Shown: in pieces, positions 14,644 to 17,497 of the stretch
Layout: each line of letters starts with the position of its first letter
Numbering within the stretch: the first letter of the stretch is position 1
Origin: a virus
Lineage: Duplodnaviria; Heunggongvirae; Uroviricota; Caudoviricetes
Virus record (IMG/VR): IMGVR_UViG_2681813135_000005
Direction: 5' to 3' (one strand)
Length of the DNA: 17,497 bases
Notes under the pieces: generated by a model
Seen by the model: the letters and a program-made list of their open reading frames with translations, nothing else
Told to the model about the DNA's origin: nothing
Database searches by the model: none
Translations under genes and position numbers: made by a program

Positions 14644-15002
14644 ATACCTACAGCATCACATTACCCTGGCCTCCGAGCAATAATCGCTATTACCGCCATA
14701 ATCGCGGGCGCACGCACGTCAGCGCAGAGGGGCAGGCATACCGCGATAACGTCGCCCGAATCATTAAAAACGCAATGCTGGATATCGGCCTGGCTATGCC
14801 TGTGAAAATCCGCATTGAGTGCCACATGCCGGATCGCCGTCGCCGTGACCTGGATAATCTGCAAAAAGCCGCTTTTGACGCACTCACTAAAGCAGGTTTC
14901 TGGCTGGATGATGCTCAGGTCGTTGATTACCGCGTTGTGAAGATGCCTGTTACCAAAGGTGGGAGGCTGGAACTGACCATCACCGAAATGGGGAATGAAT
15001 GA
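14640..15002 (+). CDS. rusA: RusA Holliday-junction resolvase
   Basis: 120-aa [107 protein letters not shown]..., recognised as E. coli/lambdoid RusA. Confidence 0.9.
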   Translation: MNTYSITLPWPPSNNRYYRHNRGRTHVSAEGQAYRDNVARIIKNAMLDIGLAMPVKIRIECHMPDRRRRDLDNLQKAAFDALTKAGFWLDDAQVVDYRVVKMPVTKGGRLELTITEMGNE

Positions 15003-15139
15003 TGTTTGAGTTTTATATGGCAGAACGTCTTCGCCACCGCTGGGGGCGTCTGCGCTTATATCGTTTCCCCGGTTCTGTTTTGACCGATTACCGAATACTG
15101 AAGAATTACGCCAAAACCCTGACAGGAGCAGGAGTATGA
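14999..15139 (+). CDS. ylcG: YlcG-like small protein (46 aa)
   Basis: [49 protein letters not shown] overlapping the rusA stop (ATGA). Resembles DLP12 YlcG as recalled. Below the ORF-track cut-off. Confidence 0.6.
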   Translation: MMFEFYMAERLRHRWGRLRLYRFPGSVLTDYRILKNYAKTLTGAGV

Positions 15140-15224
15140 AGTCAGAGATAACAATCAACTAATACTGTTTTGTTGATTTTTGCTTGTAATTGGCGTTCTG
15201 GTCTGATTTTTGTGGAGTAAGTTG

Positions 15225-15272
15225 ATGCGTGATATTCAGATGGTTCTTGAGCGTTGGGGAGCGTGGGCGGCT
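15225..15272 (+). CDS. Late antiterminator Q (QuuD-like), 5' fragment only, cut by the assembly gap
   Basis: ATG at 15225 encodes MRDIQMVLERWGAWAA, recalled as the N-terminus of a Q-type antiterminator, then runs into N at 15273. The position after rusA-ylcG is as in DLP12. Confidence 0.5.
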
Positions 15273-15282
15273 ANNNNNNNNN
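15273..15282. other. Assembly gap (10 N) joining prophage sequence to an unrelated chromosomal locus
   Basis: Literal run of 10 n characters. Phage genes on the left, host REP/terminator/yidB on the right. Confidence 0.95.
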
Positions 15283-15318
15283 NAATCTTGCAATGTATTG
15301 AATTTTCATGATTTTGTA

Positions 15319-15349
15319 GGCCGGATAAGGCGTTCACGCCGCATCCGGC
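15319..15349. repeat. REP (repetitive extragenic palindromic) element
   Basis: GGCCGGATAAGGCGTTCACGCCGCATCCGGC matches the enterobacterial REP consensus in reverse orientation. Confidence 0.75.
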
Positions 15350-15366
15350 AAGAAGCTATAAGAAAA

Positions 15367-15395
15367 GGGCGGAGATCATCTCCGCCCTTTTTATT
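15367..15395 (+). terminator. Intrinsic terminator upstream of yidB (likely terminator of the preceding host gene, gyrB in E. coli K-12 order)
   Basis: GGGCGGAGAT-C-ATCTCCGCCC perfect stem followed by TTTTTATTT. Confidence 0.75.
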
Positions 15396-15469
15396 TCTGC
15401 AATCCGCAATTATCATCCCGCAAATCTATACTTTTTGGGTCAACACGTAACGCTTTACAGGTGATTATC

Positions 15470-15868
15470 ATGGGGCTTTTTGATGAAGTTGTCGGTGCCT
15501 TTCTGAAAGGCGATGCGGGGAAATATCAGGCTATTTTAAGTTGGGTTGAGGAGCAGGGCGGCATTCAGGTGCTGCTGGAAAAACTGCAAAGTGGCGGCTT
15601 AGGGGCCATTCTCTCAACCTGGCTGAGTAATCAACAGGGCAATCAATCGGTTAGTGGCGAGCAACTGGAATCGGCGCTCGGCACAAATGCGGTGTCCGAT
15701 CTTGGACAAAAACTTGGCGTGGATACCAGTACAGCTTCCAGTTTACTGGCAGAACAATTGCCGAAGATTATTGATGCGCTCTCACCGCAAGGTGAAGTGT
15801 CTCCACAAGCCAATAACGATCTGCTTTCCGCAGGCATGGAACTGCTGAAAGGGAAACTCTTCCGCTAA
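15470..15868 (+). CDS. yidB: YidB (DUF937 family protein)
   Basis: 132-aa product MGLFDEVVGAFLKGDAGKYQAILSWVEEQGGIQVLLEKLQSGGLGAILSTWLSN... from the ATG at 15470, recognised as E. coli YidB. The track's GTG at 15461 adds three residues. Confidence 0.85.
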   Translation: MGLFDEVVGAFLKGDAGKYQAILSWVEEQGGIQVLLEKLQSGGLGAILSTWLSNQQGNQSVSGEQLESALGTNAVSDLGQKLGVDTSTASSLLAEQLPKIIDALSPQGEVSPQANNDLLSAGMELLKGKLFR

Positions 15869-15880
15869 GCAAATGGGGAG

Positions 15881-15910
15881 CATGCAACCCGCGTTGCATC
15901 CCCCTTTTCC
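15881..15910 (+). terminator. Putative terminator or attenuator hairpin between yidB and yidA
   Basis: ATGCAAC-CCGC-GTTGCAT hairpin followed by CCCCCTTTTCCC. Confidence 0.35.
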
Positions 15911-15982
15911 CTCGGGTGTTGTACTGATTTTTGAGCGGAATCGCGTTAGCATGGGTCAGGAACTAATCTACCTGGGGAACTC

Positions 15983-16795
15983 ATGGCTATCAAACTCATT
16001 GCTATCGATATGGATGGCACCCTTCTGCTACCCGATCACACCATTTCACCCGCCGTTAAAAATGCGATTGCCGCAGCTCGCGCCCGTGGCGTGAATGTCG
16101 TGCTAACGACGGGTCGCCCTTATGCAGGTGTTCACAATTACCTGAAAGAGCTGCATATGGAACTGCCGGGCGACTACTGCATTACTTATAACGGCGCGCT
16201 GGTACAGAAGGCCGCTGATGGTAGCACCGTGGCGCAAACCGCTCTCAGCTATGACGACTACCGTTTCCTGGAAAAACTCTCTCGCGAAGTCGGTTCTCAT
16301 TTCCACGCCCTGGACCGCACCACGCTGTACACCGCCAACCGTGATATCAGCTACTACACGGTGCATGAATCCTTCGTTGCCACAATTCCGCTGGTGTTCT
16401 GCGAAGCGGAGAAAATGGACCCCAATACCCAGTTCCTGAAAGTGATGATGATTGATGAACCCGCCATCCTCGACCAGGCTATCGCGCGTATTCCGCAGGA
16501 AGTGAAAGAGAAATATACCGTGCTGAAAAGTGCGCCGTACTTCCTCGAAATCCTCGATAAACGCGTTAACAAAGGTACGGGGGTGAAATCACTGGCCGAC
16601 GTGTTAGGTATTAAACCGGAAGAAATCATGGCGATTGGCGATCAGGAAAACGATATCGCAATGATTGAATATGCAGGCGTCGGTGTGGCGATGGATAACG
16701 CTATTCCTTCAGTGAAAGAAGTGGCGAACTTTGTCACCAAATCTAACCTTGAAGATGGCGTGGCGTTTGCTATTGAGAAGTATGTGCTGAATTAA
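15983..16795 (+). CDS. yidA: HAD-superfamily (Cof-type) sugar phosphatase YidA
   Basis: 270-aa ORF MAIKLIAIDMDGTLLLPDHTISPAVKNAIAAARARGVNVVLTTGRPYAGVHNYL... with HAD motif I DMDGTLL and a C-terminal GDQENDIAM motif. Recognised as E. coli YidA. Confidence 0.9.
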   Translation: MAIKLIAIDMDGTLLLPDHTISPAVKNAIAAARARGVNVVLTTGRPYAGVHNYLKELHMELPGDYCITYNGALVQKAADGSTVAQTALSYDDYRFLEKLSREVGSHFHALDRTTLYTANRDISYYTVHESFVATIPLVFCEAEKMDPNTQFLKVMMIDEPAILDQAIARIPQEVKEKYTVLKSAPYFLEILDKRVNKGTGVKSLADVLGIKPEEIMAIGDQENDIAMIEYAGVGVAMDNAIPSVKEVANFVTKSNLEDGVAFAIEKYVLN

Positions 16796-16840
16796 TCTGT
16801 GGGCGGGCAAACAGCATAAACGCGTTTGCCCGCTTACTGA

Positions 16841-17497
16841 TTATTGGTTTACTGCATATACAACCAGAAATTGCAGCGGTGCAGTAATGATGTCCAGCGT
16901 AACAGTCACTGGCAGTAATGCTGCGGAAACACCATCCGGAATGCCTCTGGGTGAATAGTATTCATAAAATCGCACTTTAAATGGATGGTAGAACGCCATC
17001 ACCTTTGAGTAATCCATGTTTTTATTTTTCTCATGGATTGTGCCTTTTAGGTTTTCCAGTGACCTGGTACAGTGTTGAACACCACAGGCAAAACCATAAT
17101 GCGTTGCCAGTGCCTTTTCTTCTTCGTTATTCCAGTAGTAGTAAAGCGATATTGTGCCGGTAAATTTCTTTTTCCCCGCATTTAAAACAAATCTTGCGTC
17201 ATCGGCAACCTGAATATTGTGCCGGTTAAGTGCTGGATCATTGAGCATCTTAACGATGTCATCGGCACCATCAGTGATAAGGTAATCCAGCGATTCCCCT
17301 ACAAAAACATAGCCTTTTGTTCCATTACTATCTTTTGCCTGCGATAGCCCAGTGATGGTGTCTGACTGCGATTGATACTTTCCTGAACTACCCTTTGCGG
17401 TATGGGAAACCAGAGCATACGAGATACAGCCTGAAAGCATCAGCGCCAGTGGGAATAAACCGGCAGCCTTAAAAAATCCCTTAAAATTCAACTTCAT
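16841..17497 (-). CDS. yidX: Predicted lipoprotein YidX
   Basis: 218-aa ORF starting at the last base of the window (ATG 17497..17495), [24 protein letters not shown]... with lipobox. Gene order yidB-yidA-yidX matches the E. coli chromosome. Confidence 0.8.

Larger units (their letters stand above)
1331..15272. mobile_element. Lambdoid mosaic prophage, left end at attL; right end not in window (interrupted by N-gap)
   Basis: attL core at 1331-1345 followed by lambda P' arm, int, xis, Red genes, immunity region, O/P/ren, nin-region genes and the start of Q. Phage sequence stops at the 10-N run. Confidence 0.9.

Noticed and set aside
14212-15158. Minus-strand ORFs (65-185 aa) across the nin module
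   Set aside because: Antisense to a tightly coupled operon of recognised genes (ninE, ybcO-like, rusA).
15229-15450. 73-aa ORF in the track containing XXXX
   Set aside because: It reads through the 10-N assembly gap and fuses unrelated phage and host sequence. The only real coding sequence here is the 16-codon Q fragment at 15225-15272.
16103-16629. ORFs antisense to or overlapping yidA
   Set aside because: Overlap a recognised host HAD phosphatase gene.
1-17497. CRISPR arrays, rRNA or tRNA genes, IS elements or transposases
   Set aside because: No regularly spaced direct repeats with unique spacers, no rRNA-like sequence, no cloverleaf tRNA recognised by eye, and no transposase-like ORF or terminal inverted repeats. 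The only repeat families seen are ori iterons, operator repeats and one REP element.

Overview
The window is an E. coli-type chromosomal segment carrying the left part of a lambdoid mosaic prophage integrated at the lambda attachment site. From left to right: host ybhC (minus strand); lambda attL (core GCTTTTTTATACTAA plus P' arm); lambda-type int and xis; an AT-rich accessory stretch with a plus-strand membrane-protein gene and a TraR/DksA-like zinc-finger gene; the lambda Red module (exo, bet, short-form gam) with small early-left ORFs; an immunity region that is not lambda's (pL/OL-like operators, a lipoprotein gene in the rexAB position, a CI-type repressor, a Cro-like gene and a YdaT-like gene in the cII position); a replication module (hybrid O with internal iteron origin, P, ren); an AT-rich ~2 kb cargo insertion at the ren/ninB junction carrying a 472-aa ORF of unknown family; and a DLP12-like nin module (ybcN-like, ninE, ybcO-like, rusA, ylcG-like) ending in the first 16 codons of a Q antiterminator. 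A run of 10 N (15273-15282) then joins this to an unrelated host locus (REP element, terminator, yidB, yidA, yidX), so the prophage right end is absent and the adjacency is an assembly join. No N antiterminator, rRNA or CRISPR array was seen, and no tRNA was recognised by eye. The best candidate for an undescribed system is the 472-aa cargo gene, followed by the immunity-region lipoprotein and the membrane-protein gene next to xis. All identifications rest on reading the sequence and recalled protein families; no database search was run.
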